From Carcharhinus amblyrhynchos (taxonomy: Eukaryota), in NCBI GenBank assembly GCA_965287045.1, contig OZ336885.1, forward strand, positions 62,868,001 to 62,932,000: a DNA stretch of 64,000 nucleotides. The letters are read 5' to 3'. The notes below the pieces were generated by a model. The model searched no databases and was not told where the DNA came from. It saw only the letters and a program-made list of their open reading frames with translations. The position numbers and the translations under genes were made by a program. Shown in pieces: positions 27,480 through 41,238 of the stretch (within the stretch, counting starts at the first letter, position 1; every line of letters starts with the position of its first letter).

Positions 27480-30070
27480 ACAAAGAACAAAGGACAGGAA
27501 CAGTATATTCTTTTCTCCAAGTCTGTGCCAATGATGAATTCTGACCAAACTAAAACGGTATGTCCTTACAATTTCCACACCCTGCCATGCATATGCAATT
27601 CATGTATTCCTCCAAGTGTCCCTTAAATGTTGCTATCGCACCTGCTTCCACCGCTTTCATAGGCAAGGCGTTCCAGCCACTACCCAGAATCTTTGTTAAA
27701 AGAAAACTAATCACGCGCATCTCCTCTAACCTTTTCCGCTCGTGACTTAAACTTCTGGCCTCTTGCAATTGATTTTTCTACCGTCAAATAATATCTAACT
27801 AGCGATTCTGTTCCTCTCACTCATAACCTTTTAAAGCTCCATGCGTTGGAGTCTTAAGTGGAGAAATGGCACTGGTGTTTAATCCGGGCAGATGTGAGAC
27901 ACTGCTTTTTGGATCGTCCAATGCGTATAGGGAATATACGGTAAATAGTAGAACGCGTTGGAGTATTGGCTGCAGCGACTTTTGGGAGTGTATCTCCACC
28001 GAACCCACATATTGTTGAACTGTGTAACAAAACCAGAAGACCAGGAGGAAACCCAGGCAAGCACTGTGAGAATTAGAAAAAATCACACAGACAGTGGCAC
28101 AAACCAGGAACCGTTCTCTGGAGCTTTGAAGTGATGGTGTTAACAACGATGCCACCGTGCGGGCCAATACTATTTTAAAACCACGGTTCCCGATACTTTC
28201 AAGGCTTATCTTTCATCTTCACAGGTATGTTCCCGCCCTGAATTACAATTAACAAACATTTGAATGGCTCCCACATTTCAGATGCCGTTTGTTCTTCAAA
28301 CAGCTTCCCCGAATCTAACCTCGCCAGATTTTACCTACTGATGTTATAGTGAGGTTTTCCTCAATTTAGCAACTTCATCCAGTAGTCGCTTTTTTCTTTA
28401 TTCAAACGGCACTGAAAACTTACGAAAATATTAACTTTATTCGCGAAATGCTCTCCTACTGAAAGCTCAAACACCTAGTCGTGCTCGCTGTTTAATACTC
28501 GGACTAATATGACTTGTCCCTGTGCTGGCTATCTGCAGAGTATATTAAGAAATTCTCCGAGATGCTCCTCACATTGTCTAACCCATCCAAGTACCAAATA
28601 GTAATTGAGTCCAGGTCAATATTTAGAAAATTAAAATCACCAACCACAACAACCCTGTTTTTTTTGCATCTTTCCAAAATCTGTCTGCGTATCTACTCCT
28701 CGATCCCCCGTTTGCTGTTCTGTGCATTGTAATAAATCCCCAACATTGTAATTGCACCACTTCTATTACTGAGCGCTACTCACATGCCTCGCCGCCAGGA
28801 CAAATATGAACATCTTTGGTAATCTGCTTAACCAGTATGACAGCTCCTCCAACCATTCACACCACCTGAGACGCTATTCGAAGGATAGAAATCCTGGAAT
28901 GTTTCGCTACCTATTCTGTTCATCTTCCAACTAATCGCTGTAATAGCAAGAACAACTTTGTTCCAAGTATAAATCCAAGTCAGGAATTAATCTGCTTTGC
29001 ATTCGTTACATTCTTCGCATTGAAACCGTTCATTACTGGCCACCAGGTTCGTTGCGTTCATATAGAACTCCGTGTTTGATTTCCTGTGTAATCTTCGTAT
29101 CCTTTCTTTATAGTGTACCCTCAGATATTCTCCCAACTGACGCACGGCTATAGTTACACACCACTGTCATAGAAGTTTGAAAATTCCTCTCTTCCTCTAT
29201 CGAAAACCTGTCAGAATATCGATCCCAACATCCCCCCATCCCCCCACGCCACACTCTGGAAAAAAAGTATAACACGTCGTTCTTGTACAGGTTCCCATCC
29301 CGGAAGAGATCCAAATGATCAAATTATGAGAATCGCCCCTCGTGTACCAGCTCTTTAGCCAAATGATTAGTTGCACTGACTTCCTGTTCCCAGCCTCACT
29401 GGCACCCCGAAATCCCCAGATGCGCTTTTTGAACTTTCTACCTAATTCTCTGAAATCTCCTTGCATGACGTTGCAATTCTTCTTAACTATTTCGTTAGTA
29501 TAAATGCGTACCACTTCTGCTGTTCACCCTTCTCTTTCAGAATGCCACATGTCAATTCAGAGATATCCTTGCCCCTCTCACCAGGGAGGCAACATATCAT
29601 CCGGGAATGTATTTCATGTGCTGCAGGAACGCCTGTTTGTGCCCTGAGCATGGATTCCCCTATAATTATCGCTCTTCTGTGACGTGTCCCCACTGCTGAC
29701 AAAACAAGAGCGAGTCCTGGTGCAACCACACTTACTGCTGCTGCTTCCCCGTAGCAAGCATTTCCTCCAACAGTATCCAAGAGGTTATATCTGTTCGAAA
29801 GGGAGGCACCAGGTTGGATTTCGTTGACTGTCTACCTGATCTTTTGATGGGTCACCAGTCTATCTGCCTGCTTGCGTGTGAGTTAGGCTCGATAGCTCCT
29901 ATATGTGACGCTTTCCGCCACCTGTATGGTCGTCCATCCATCACACTGCTGGTCCAATGGATCTGCATGTTCTGCGGGGAACGGCAAGTGGGTTCACTTC
30001 ATGCAGATGAAATTCTCCCAAATTCTTGAAGCCTCTCTGTTCTCCCACGCGTGACACACGTTGCACGTTG
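27480..30070 (-). mobile_element. Decayed, internally deleted CR1 LINE retaining ORF1 (SGNH esterase region); SINE nested at about 28015-28165
   Basis: Tail at 27480; SGWNALPMKAVEAG...FKGHLEEYM; ORF1-like RAIIIGESMLR...RMICCLPGERGKDISE. Confidence 0.75.
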
Positions 30071-30974
30071 CCCAACTGACTGATATTTGCACCAACATTT
30101 TTTTTTTCATTTAAAATCCTTAAAACTTAGGTTTTAGTCTCTGATAAACAATAATAGTTATATACCTCTGTGTCTGATACTATTTAATCAGTTCTATGTT
30201 TTAACCTGGTTACTGACCCCACTTGATCTGAAATCAAATTAAAATCAATAATTAAATCAGTAGCTTAGAGTAGTTTCTTTTCTAATTTAGCCCAAATTCC
30301 TTTCCATCCAATCAGGTCACAGTTTCATATGATGCCACTTAACTGTTTTGTTTCAAATTAATGAGTTACCCTTACCTAATTGTCTCTCTATCCGCTCCCG
30401 GAATGATGGCAGCGACTCCCCAAGGGAAAGAATTTATACTCTTACCCGCACATCACTCTCTCTCTCTCTCTCTCTCAATCAGCTCTGTCTCTCGTGACCT
30501 CAACTACTGCATTAGGGCAAGACGACATATTGTTTTTACGAACTCGCAGCGCCCTTTTCCTTTGGTCAAATGAGGATGGCCTTACTGCTCCTTGAGTTCA
30601 GAACAACAGCTCCCAACTCCTTCATTGGTGTTGCCGAGTCAACTTCATGCTGCATTCTCCAGTGAAGTATCTCTGTCGTCAATGATAAGTTTTGTTCCTC
30701 TCTTTTACCGCTGGAAGGTTTCTTCCACTTTCCATATGTTACCACATGTTGCTGCGCCGACTTCACCCAGAATTTCAATGAAGACCCTCTGCCATTTAGG
30801 GCGAAAGGTCTTGCTCACGCTTATCGCTGGAGGGTTTATTCCACTTCTCCCTTCTTAGTCGGTGTTGCTGGGCGAAATCCACAAAGAACGCGCCCGTGAA
30901 GTCTTGTGCAAACTCTGCCGCCTGTGGTTCCTCTTATGTATTGTTGGAGCTGTTCTTCCACTTCCCAATTCTTC

Positions 30975-31335
30975 CTGTTGTTCGTCCATCGTCGTCGATG
31001 AGGACCCCGACACAATTAGTCATTTTGAGACTGGACGCGGTGTGCCAGAAGATGACTGATCAGGCCAGTTTGAGCACGGAATGTCCTGGCACATTTTGGA
31101 CAGACGTGTGTAGGCACTATATTTGTTGCGCTCGTGGCTCTACACTTGCGCAGCTCGTGCTTAAGTTGTGCTTCAGCAATGCACTTTGCCTCATAAGTGA
31201 GACGGCCCTTGTGGATAAGGCAGAGCAAGGTAGGGCGGTTTTGTACCAGCGTTTCGCAAGTGGTCGTGTTTGTGTCAATGTCAAACGACTTCAGGGAGAC
31301 CCGCTTCTTATTACATGTTGCTGGGCCGCTTTTTC
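30975..31335 (-). mobile_element. RTE-clade LINE 3' end with C-terminal C2H2-like motif
   Basis: SLKSFDID...ETLVQNRP...IAEAQLKHELRK...CPKCARTFRAQTGLISHLLAH, followed by a short 3' UTR ending gacgaacaaca. Confidence 0.8.
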
Positions 31336-32447
31336 CTACAATGTTACAGTGAAGTCCCTCTGTCACTTGTATTGGACGAGCTTCTTCCATTTATCGCTGG
31401 AGGGGTTCTTCCACCCCTCTCTACTAAGTAGGCTTCGCTGGGATGACTTCTCCCAGAACACTCCAGTCGACTCCCTCTGCCGCTTCTACCAGCTTTTTTT
31501 CCGCTTAACTGCAACACATCTGCAAGCTGAAATAATATTCTTTATAAATTTTGTATACATCCACTTCAAACTATGTTAAAGTCCTTTGTATGTGTGGAAC
31601 ATAACAACTCGATCAGGCAGATACAATAAATTATTCCGATACATTGTTGATGAACATTTTTGAAGATAGTGTCTTCTTCCAGAGTTCATACGAGTCATTT
31701 AATGAATTGAAACCTGAATCATGATATTGGATTTATTTCGAAGAAGGACAACAAATTGCGAAAGGCTTGTTTTGCTTTGAAACTCATATGATTCCCAGCA
31801 GCCGTAACTATACAACAAAAAAAAGATAAACTGTTTATCAAAATGTTTCTGAGAAATAAGCTTTGCTGAGGATGGTTATGAAGTGTTTCGTTCCGTGAAG
31901 GACGTAATGTTTTTGATATTCGATCCTCCAGAAGTTCTTCTCTAGTAACATATTTTTATTGTTCATGTTTGTGTCGTTCTTTCTTTTTCAATTCTGGCAA
32001 AGCGTCAACACCGTTGGTACTGTTCCAGCATCAACGCAGCAAACGCATTGCCATCCGTAAATTTATATCCAATTGCATTGAAGCCATACTGATGGAGCAA
32101 TCACCTATTTCGAATTATGGCTGTGGAGTGTCCATGAAAACTATCGCATATTTGCATCAAAAAGTGGTTTGGGCCATGTCTCCTTTTGTTGTTTTTCAGG
32201 ATTCGAAAAACTTAAAATCCTCTCTTGATAGTTTGTCGTTTACAATGTTTCCTATTATGCCTTTTCCTTACAACTGTTTGCTTATTTAAGTGTTCTTATC
32301 AATTCACGTTTTGTTGTTGCGTCATGAATCATGTACCAAAATTAAAAATGTTATTTAAAAAAAAACACAAATGAATGCATTCGACTTAAATTATGCCACA
32401 CCCGTTGGAATATTTTCCATGCTGAAGTCAGATTTTCCCCTGAGCAG

Positions 32448-32474
32448 ATGAAAACTTGAAAGAGAAAGAAAAAG
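32448..32474 (+). CDS. Microexon B3 (27 nt): DENLKEKEK
   Basis: ttttcccctgagcag|ATGAAAAC...GAAAAAG|gtactt; paralog of B2. Confidence 0.82.
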
Positions 32475-32684
32475 GTACTTTCTGACATTGCGTGCTAAGT
32501 GATTGAAAATGCTGTCAACTGGACACAAAATGACAATTAATAGAGTGAAAATCTGTTATCTGAAACAGCACAAATTGACAAATGCTCCTCTCAGACTTCT
32601 AATTGATCATATCCTATAATATCGTATCGAGCCAGTCAGTTGATGAAAACAGATCAACTGCCTTGCCCACGGTGGCAAAGTGCC

Positions 32685-32876
32685 CACGGTGGCACGTGAC
32701 CTAACAGCGCCAGAGATACTGTTATGGGACAGACGTGCTGGTTAGGTGCAGCAGCCGTGCTGAATTCTCCATCAGTGTACCAAACAGGCGCCGGGAAGTG
32801 GTGAAAAGGGATGGTTTCCCCCACAACAACTCCATTGCACTGTTAATGCTTACCTACATGTGACATTAATAAATAA
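32685..32876 (+). mobile_element. Internally deleted SINE of the 12822 family
   Basis: cacggtggcac head (locally duplicated at 32662-32694), tgctggttaggtgca, tail gtgacattaataaa. Confidence 0.6.
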
Positions 32877-33349
32877 ATGCAACCTCATGTCCAAACAAAA
32901 CACTCAAATCTTGCAACATTTGGTTAACAACATAGAGCTCAAGGGTGAAAAGCAACAACAATTAATGATTACACAAAACAATTCAATCGATTGACAGTTT
33001 TAAGTTCTTATTTAGGATCAGCTCTGCGCTATTGGAACAATTCAGTTTTTGCTTTGCAACATGCTATGCAAGATGATTTTATTTCGTGCATATTTGCCTG
33101 CTTCTGCACCCTTGCCCCTGGACTTATGTTATGTCAGGTGTTTATTATAACTGGTCTCAAAGGAGAAGAATCGTTTGCATACATTTCCCCACATTTGTTT
33201 AATTTATCGAAAAAAGAAATCACTCTTTAACACTGCCATGCCAAGTTGCCTATTTGCGTTTTTGGGTACTATCCGACGTTACATCATTACGATTCTTAAT
33301 ACAGTGTAATTTTGAGTAAGTGTGAGTATTTCCGTGTGAGTGTGTATCT

Positions 33350-33350
33350 A

Positions 33351-33418
<68 letters not shown>
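33350..33418 (+). repeat. (TG)n microsatellite
   Basis: Directly visible. Confidence 0.95.
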
Positions 33419-33419
<1 letters not shown>

Positions 33420-33784
33420 ATGTTTTATCATTTGTAGTCATTTGTGAAATAAAGAGTTTGTGCATGTTTTGTTCACTTTTTCTTCTGTATTTGAGCGTTT
33501 GTTTGTTACATGGGGAGGTGGGCATTGTTTACATGTGTATGCCTGTCTGTTTATGTCCCCGATTTTTCGGCAGTCCAAAGAAAGAGAATACGCTTTTATG
33601 CCTGTGATAGAAAATCGGTAAAATGCATGAAAACATGATCATTCCATCTAATTTATCAAAAGAGAATGGCAAACGAGAATTTGATGTATAAGGGTCACAT
33701 TTAAAAGAATGTAGATTGAAATACGTTTCGAATGAGAAGCAAAAACACAAATGGAAATCAAAAGCTTTCTAACAACTCACTGTT

Positions 33785-33968
33785 TCAACTAATATTTTGT
33801 TGAGTATATCCCTTAACACATCTTCTCTCATGAGTAAATGTATCGAGGGATATCGTGGACGGGCACATAAGTAGAGCTGAGTCCAGCAAAGATCAGCCAT
33901 GATCTTACTAAATTTTGGAACTGGCTCGAGGGTTTGATGACCTATCCCTGCTCCGAGTTCCTATCTTC
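33785..33968 (+). mobile_element. CR1 3' UTR fragment
   Basis: gatcagccatgatctta...ggctcgaggg...cctgctcc matches the CR1 tails elsewhere in the window. Confidence 0.7.
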
Positions 33969-35263
33969 ATACATTTGAGTTAAGTATTTTGATTTATGTA
34001 ATTACGTTCCAATAAAAAGCAACACAGTATCTGTACCGGTGACAGGGACCCATAGTAGGAAAAAAAGATACACAATGTAAAAATATTAACGGCTACTTTC
34101 TTCAAACAATCAATGAGCTAAGTTAGTGGTGTGAGTCAGGACAAGGGAAGAGGTGACAAGAAAGCAAATATTGGAGTTGAGAATGGAATTGTCATGTAGA
34201 TCAATGCATTTCGATTTTCTTTGACGGTAATGCACATGTTTATCTACGGAGTAATTTTCTAAGGAAGATGATGTTAGTAGACGACACATTGACGGAAACA
34301 TTCTGGGAAGCGTAGTAATGCTTGACGAAGAACTGTGTTTTATTGTGCAAAAAGTGCCTCTTAGAATGTTAAAGGAACAGTGCCCGACTTACTGTTCGTA
34401 CTTTTGATTGACATCCAACTGCCCAGATAAAAGCGATTTTATTCCAGAATTGCTGGATTTATTAGCTTGAATGTTTATTATAGATAATAACATGTTTGCT
34501 TGCTGAGCTTTAAAATTGACGATAAGATAACAAAATGGTTTTCAAAAATGCGATTTTTTGGAATAATCTGTTTATTCCTTATAACTGAAACAGCCGACAT
34601 TTGATATAGAAGTGTTTTTTTTTTAATTACCTTGAAACACCTTTGTCAAATTCTCACTCGTCAAGGTGAAGAGTATTAGGGCGATGAGCGAACTCAGTTC
34701 AAAAGTAATGGAAGCTGACTACGAAACTTGATAAAAATAAATTACTAAAATACAAGTAGTACGCCGTCTGCGTGCACATTGTTAGAAGCGAAAAGAACAT
34801 ACACATTAAATTAGAGGAAACTGAGAAGATAGCTGAAATGAAACCAAACAAATATGAATTTTGCAGGATGTCGAAATTTGTAGGTGATCACATTAGTTTG
34901 CTCGAACAAAAAACTGGAAATGAACTTAAGGTATAAATTATTGGTTATATGAGAAAACAAGACATAACGCCTGCGTGGTGGAATCTCGCTGCTGGTTCTG
35001 TAGCCGGAAGAGAAAATAAACTATAATGCACAAAGTTAGCTCTAATTGGATGTTGGGCAAATATCTGTAGTTTCAAATAATGTGAAATGTCGAATTTAAT
35101 TCACAAATTATTTTGTGTGCCTAAATCCAAAATGAGCCAGATGCATCAAACAATCTCCCACTCTGCCATATGGATTGATCGTTTAAAAAAAGTGCACTAC
35201 ACTTCTGCCAAAAAAAAAATGCTCAAAGAAAACTTATATGACTTGCTGTTCATCGTGAATCAG

Positions 35264-35299
35264 AATTAGCCAAGTGCCAAGAAAAACTAAAAGATCTGG
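35264..35299 (+). CDS. Microexon A4 (36 nt): ELAKCQEKLKDL
   Basis: gtgaatcag|AATTAGCCAAGTGCCAAG...GATCTGG|gtaagcatg. Confidence 0.88.
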
Positions 35300-36776
35300 G
35301 TAAGCATGCTGACGTTCGTCTGCATCAAGCATCTGCGAATTAGTTTTGCAACTGGGTAAGTAAAACGTATCTGAAATACATTGTATTTGACATTGTGTTA
35401 GTTGTTAATCTGGAAAACATGATGCATTAAAATACGAAACGTAGTTTTTTTTTAGGGAAATGCTCCATAACAACATGACACAGTCATTTACCTCCAGTGC
35501 CACTTTCCCCACCCCACGAAAACCCCTCGCCCCAAACGCACCCCCTAACCCCTCACCTCCACCATCCCCATTGTGTTTGTGCACAATTTCCTCAGTTTGT
35601 ACGTGACTGCTCAGATATCTTGCCTATTCTTTGTTCTTGACCTTTTGAAGGCATTTAAACACGTTGGCCGCTCAATAACTCTACATTAACTTTTGCCCGA
35701 ACAATAGAAGTCACACGCCTCAGCTGGCTGGGGTCTCCTACTTTAGCTTTGCCAGTGTCTGACTTTGTGCCACGCTTCATCACAACAAACAGATGTATGT
35801 CCACTTGATAAGAATAATTTTTATCCGACTTTGCTAATTCCATCTGAACTTTCAAAGATATGAAGTATTCCTTTTGCGACTTAATTTCGGTCGTTTTCCA
35901 CGATTGTAATTCAAAGCCGAACCTCCTCTGGACACAGAAATTACACGTTAATAACAATGTTTGATGTGTGTGCTGCTGTGCAGCAGGGACGCTGGGGGCT
36001 GAAGGCCCACCTCCAGGCAAACACGTTCTCTCCCTACTTCCAACCAACTTTAGCAATAGTTAGTTTAGCAATATCATTTCTGTGATCGAGTGACGAAAAC
36101 TGTACACTCTATTCTACTCTACTCTAAGTGTGGTCTCACCAATGTCTTTTACAACTGCAACAAGACGTCCCAAACTGCTGTATTCAACGATTTGACGCAT
36201 AGATACAATTTTGTTTAAGATAACAATTGCTTGATCCGCCTGTGGCACTTCTTCGCTACCCAATTCCCAGTCTATGTTGGATCTAGCTGCATTCGGAAAT
36301 TGAATCCTTCACTTTTTTCTTGAATTGTCATATGTTTCCATGCTTCGTTGCAAACACAGTCTCTCGGACAGCAGTGAGATGTGAGCAAAGTAATATTCAA
36401 TGTTTCCCACCACTGTGACTCTGGAAAAATGTTATATGTTAAAAAATAAAATTCTTGTATTGGACTGATATCTTCCTCTTTCTACATTTTTACACATGAT
36501 CAAATTGCATCACTGAACATAGTCATGAATTTCGATCATTTCGTCTGAAGATGAAGAAAATATTCTCAATTGTTTCCAAACGCCGGCTCTCTGTTTTGTT
36601 ATCTGAATTTTCCACTGCAGAGTGAATGTTTTTGAATAAACTATCAATATTTACAATGTATACTTTGACACGAAAATGGTAAAAATGAATAATTAATGTG
36701 GAATATCACATATACCATATGTTAAATCCATTGGGGAATAATATGGTATTAAAGGATTTTTTTTTGTCGCTAACAG

Positions 36777-36803
36777 AGAACAAAACAAAAGAACTAAAAG
36801 ATG
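36777..36803 (+). CDS. Microexon B4 (27 nt): ENKTKELKD
   Basis: tttttgtcgctaacag|AGAACAAA...AAAAGATG|gtgagt. Confidence 0.86.
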
Positions 36804-37223
36804 GTGAGTGGAACAATTGATTGTTCTGTTCCTATTTTTGAATACTTCCCATCTTGGACCATGAAAAGTACTTTCCAATCGGATCGTATTCTAAGGATTT
36901 TCTTTTCAGAAGTGCCTTGAAATGAGTAAATCCTGCGAATTCAAGTCATCATTTATGCACTATAGCGTTGCATGAATGAGATGTTCTACAAGTTGGTCAG
37001 ACTGGGGGTTGACACGAACAATGGTCCTGATGGTTTTGAGAAGAACGTCTTGCATTGGCTAATAAGACAATTGATGCATCAGTTTTAATTTTCCGATTCC
37101 ACTCGATCAATGAGAGATTCCATAGATTGGAAGGAAATAAAAAAAAAGTGAGACTTTTATTCCGAAAGAGGGGGAGACAAAGTCAAGAAAAAAATACATA
37201 AATGTGTATGAATATATAAACGG

Positions 37224-37403
37224 TTACTCGTAGCTTTGGATTTTATCAATTGCCCACTAATTATATGGTTGTAATGCATTTCTGTAATGTCTCTCTGATA
37301 GGTTTTGGGCTAACTTGCAAACATGTATGTGTTTGTGGGCAATTATATATATAATTAATGTGTATAATAGTGGGCAATTGTTAAAATCCAAAGCCATGAG
37401 TAA
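37224..37403. mobile_element. About 180-bp MITE-like hairpin with about 40-bp terminal inverted repeats
   Basis: 37224-37265 is the near-perfect reverse complement of 37363-37403. Confidence 0.7.
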
Positions 37404-37414
37404 TGGTTATTTTT

Positions 37415-40150
37415 AAAGGGAAAACGCTTCAGCCAACCAGTTGAAGTTATTTGAAGGTCGCTTGTGCTGTGGATGAAACAGAACCAGGGAAGTGTGCTCG
37501 AATTGAATTTCCAGAAGTTATTCAAAGATGTGCCACATCTAATGTTATTGCAGAAAGTAAATAAAATCAGTTAGAGCTTTTTAATATAAAGGCATGGCTT
37601 GAAAAAAAAACTAGTTCGCAGGCAGCAGAAAATAAAGATAAATATTCATTTGTCCGGTGGACAGGTTGTGCTGAATTGTTTATCAACGGGATCAGTGCTG
37701 ATATCTGTAAATTTATCCATGATTGAATTAAAGGGCTAAAGGTATCGATGTTGTAGTGGTCAATAGCCGAAAGATAAGTAAGGTATAAATTGTAACGCTA
37801 AAGAGAGAGAACTCAAAAGACAATCTCTTTACTATTCTGTGAACAACAAACTGACAAATGCAGTGTAGTGTTACGAAATATTTTTTTTCGGGAATAATAC
37901 TAAAATAGCTCATTATATTGACAGTGCGAGATATCAGACTTCTGCGCTGCTTACAGGTCAAACTGTCCTGATGTGCGGCAGTTAAAATGACAATAGTTTA
38001 ATGGGAAGACTGCAGGACTGTTATTGTGTATTGCATAGGAAATTGATTGCTTCATTATTGGAAGTTATGCTTCGGTGGGCAAGGTCATGATGAGCCGCGA
38101 GGCAGCACTGTATGGAGCTTAGAACTCGTATGCAAGTGAAAATGAAAATGCATAAGTAAGATGTACTCAACTCATTCCAAGAATGGGTGGCTTTACTGAC
38201 GAGGAAAATCTGCAGAGATCATATTCGCATTTGACACAGTTTAAACGTGTCAGCAGTGACTTAATCGAAAACATTCATTCATTGAAATGTTTCTTCGGTG
38301 TAGATATGAGGCAATGGGCCCAATTTTACTAAAAATCAGCGCCCGCTTTTTGGGTGCGAAGTGACAGTAAATTAGGGCGTTGGACCTGTAACGCGATCCA
38401 CACCCGAAACAGAGCAGATCGCAACTGTACAGACGCCCAATTTGGGTGTGGACCGGTCCGCGCAAGTTGGACGGCCCGAGGATTTAAATAGTTTAGCACG
38501 CATTTAAATCGATTTAATGAACCGCGCGCCCAAATCTGCTACCAAAATTATTTCACTCACTTCGGATCCGTTTCCGATCCGCGATCTTTCCAACCAGCAG
38601 AATAAAATTCAGAAGCGTATTCCTATTCTGTAGGGGAATCTCCGAAACCCATCCTCCCCGATCACGCTTCGCAGACCCGCCGCTAATCACACAGGCAGAC
38701 ACCCACCCCCCCACCCCCGCGATCGGACCACCCTGGGAGGGAGGCGCCCTTCGGCAGACCACACCCTCCCCCACGATCCATTCCCCTTGGGAGGCAGGCC
38801 GCTCCCCCTCCCCCCCCGCCCGACAGCGATCTACCCCCCCTCCCCCCGGAAGGAAGCCCCCCTCCTTCGCGATCAATCACCCTCCCCACACACAAACACA
38901 CACACATCCCGGGAGCCCCTCCACCTCCCCATCCCTTGCGATCCATCCCCCTCGGAGGATGCCCTCCCCACTTCCTGGTAGACCCCCATCCCGACAGACC
39001 CCATCGGGAGACAGCCCCAGCCCCCGGGATCAGATACCACCCACCACCCCCCCCCCCCGCCCCCGCCGGAAGATCAGCCGAATACACCTTCTCCCTTCTG
39101 ATCTCCCTTTTGAGCTGCACTCGTTAATGGGGAAATACCGGTGTTGGACTGGGGTAAACGCAGTAAGAAGTCTCACAACACCAGGTTAATGTCCTGTTGG
39201 AGCTTAAGGAGTGCAAATCGGAAGGATGGTACAGTAACAACAGCAATAGAATTAGGTCGGGGATGTGCTGTCCCGTGGGAGGGGCGGATGCCTCCCGGGG
39301 GAGGGGCCTGAACGCGGGGGAAGGGTGGCAGGAGGCTGCGTCCCGTGGAGTTCTGACCCTGATGGAGGGGGGGAGGGGGTTCTGCCGGGTGGCGGGGGTG
39401 GGGTGGGGTGGGGTTGGGTTGCCTTCCGGGGGGTTGGATCGCGGGGAAGGGGGGCATGGTCCGCTTGAGGGCTGCCTCCCGAGGATGGATCGTGGGGAGG
39501 GTGCTCTGCATGGGGGGAGCGGGGGGGTGGGCGGCAGGTGTTGTTGGGGGGTGCCTCCCAGGTGGTCCGCTCGCGGATCATCATCCCCCTCCCACACCCC
39601 CGGCTCTCTCTGTTTTTTTTGGTGTTGTTTTTCGCGCCCTGGCGCGCTGATTCAGATTTTTTTCCTGAACTGCGCATGCGCACTTCAGAACTCCGATCGT
39701 TCCGAAATTGGTTAAGCGCCCTGGCGCGCTGAGCGGATCGGACCGGAGCCGGCGAAAAAAAGCGTATGGGCCCGCTGGAACGAGGATTCCGGGCGCGGAT
39801 TCGTTTTACATCTGGATCCGACAGTTAGCCATCGATTGGTAAAACTGACCCAATATCTCAAGTTGTTTGAGAATCAAAATCGAGTGAGCCTCTGATGAAC
39901 TAAAGTTATGTCACTTTTTTTTCAAAGAAATGGCCAGATTTTAGTTTTCATTCAAAAGGCTTGTGAGGTTCTCGAATTCTCCTGATGTATTTGATTTTGA
40001 TGCAGAATCTTATGGTATTTTTAAGGCAAAGCTAAACAACGAGTTCAGTATTAACAGTGTGGAATTTTCTGGAAAGGAAAAAAAAAGTATGTTGGCAATT
40101 CAAGCAGGTCATAATGGACACTACATGGCAAATGCATCTTATTCTGATGC
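37415..40150 (+). mobile_element. Very old CR1 LINE, interrupted by the MITE at 38316-39851
   Basis: Decayed RT motifs (ttgaatttccagaag...gtgccacat) and tail-like sequence near 40100; colinear across the insertion. Confidence 0.55.
38316..39851. mobile_element. Non-autonomous PIF/Harbinger-type MITE
   Basis: Imperfect TIRs gggcccaattttac / gtaaaactgaccc; AAT on both flanks (3-bp TSD); GC-rich internal inverted arms. Confidence 0.75.
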
Positions 40151-40817
40151 GCATGTTTGCATATCAAATCAGCAATGGGATGAAATGTATGAACAGGGAA
40201 TAAGATAGGGAACAGGATAAGCAGCACATCGGTTTTCAATATGCTATAGGTATTAGTTTGAACACAGTTGATAACAACGCATAACTATTTCCGTCACATT
40301 CCGTATTTCATATATTTTGCGTACTGGATAATCCGATGAGCATTGACATATTTCTACCAGAACTTCGGAATCATAAATGTCAGGATGATTAGTGACAACA
40401 TCAGCTAACCAATGATATGATAGCTGCATTTTTCTTATAAAAATATGGAATATGAATATACAATGTATAAACTTCAACCAAATGTGGCTACTCAGGCGGC
40501 AAAAAAATGCAATTAAGAAATATTACATTTACAAGTTTCATTGCGTGGGAAAAAAAAACACATAAGCAATAGATGTATTTCTGCTGATTGGAGATGTGGT
40601 CACTGGGGATTGAAAATATGCTGATGTGGGAAGGGGAAAGAAAAAGCACCGGTATGGTAAGTCCGTAGCATGTTTTAAATTCAAAGGAAATATACAGATC
40701 TGCAGTAGTCATTTTGACTGATAGGATTGAATTTTGAAGCTAACCCTCATTCCAATGTTTAGAACAGCAAGACGAAACGTGTCATGCTCAAAACCAATCT
40801 TTCGTTCTGTTATCCAG

Positions 40818-40853
40818 ATTTAGAACAGTGTCAGAAAGCTTTAAAAGATCTTG
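40818..40853 (+). CDS. Microexon A5 (36 nt): DLEQCQKALKDL
   Basis: ttctgttatccag|ATTTAGAA...GATCTTG|gtgagt. Confidence 0.88.
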
Positions 40854-41238
40854 GTGAGTTGAGGTATTCACTGTTGCTTAAAGCTCGCCCACAAATTGTT
40901 TCTGCATGACAATCACTCAAACTGACTTCTAATAACGAACAGATCGATGTATTTCGGAAGCAGATGACTGAAATTTAATAACTTAATCTGCACAATTACT
41001 CACTTTTATTGCGTTAATTCCAATAGAGTGTATGGAGTAAAATATCCATTTACCTTTTTAGTAGTTTTTTGTTGATAAATTATAAGTGCAGTTTGTTTTT
41101 AAGTTTGTTTACAGCTATAAATGTAATAACATGTTCGTACTGTGATGCGATTTCTAAACAAAATGGCACGATTACCTCGTATCCCCAGCTATTTCAATCA
41201 ATATTTCATCTTTTCCAAAACGGCTTGCTTTCTATTAG

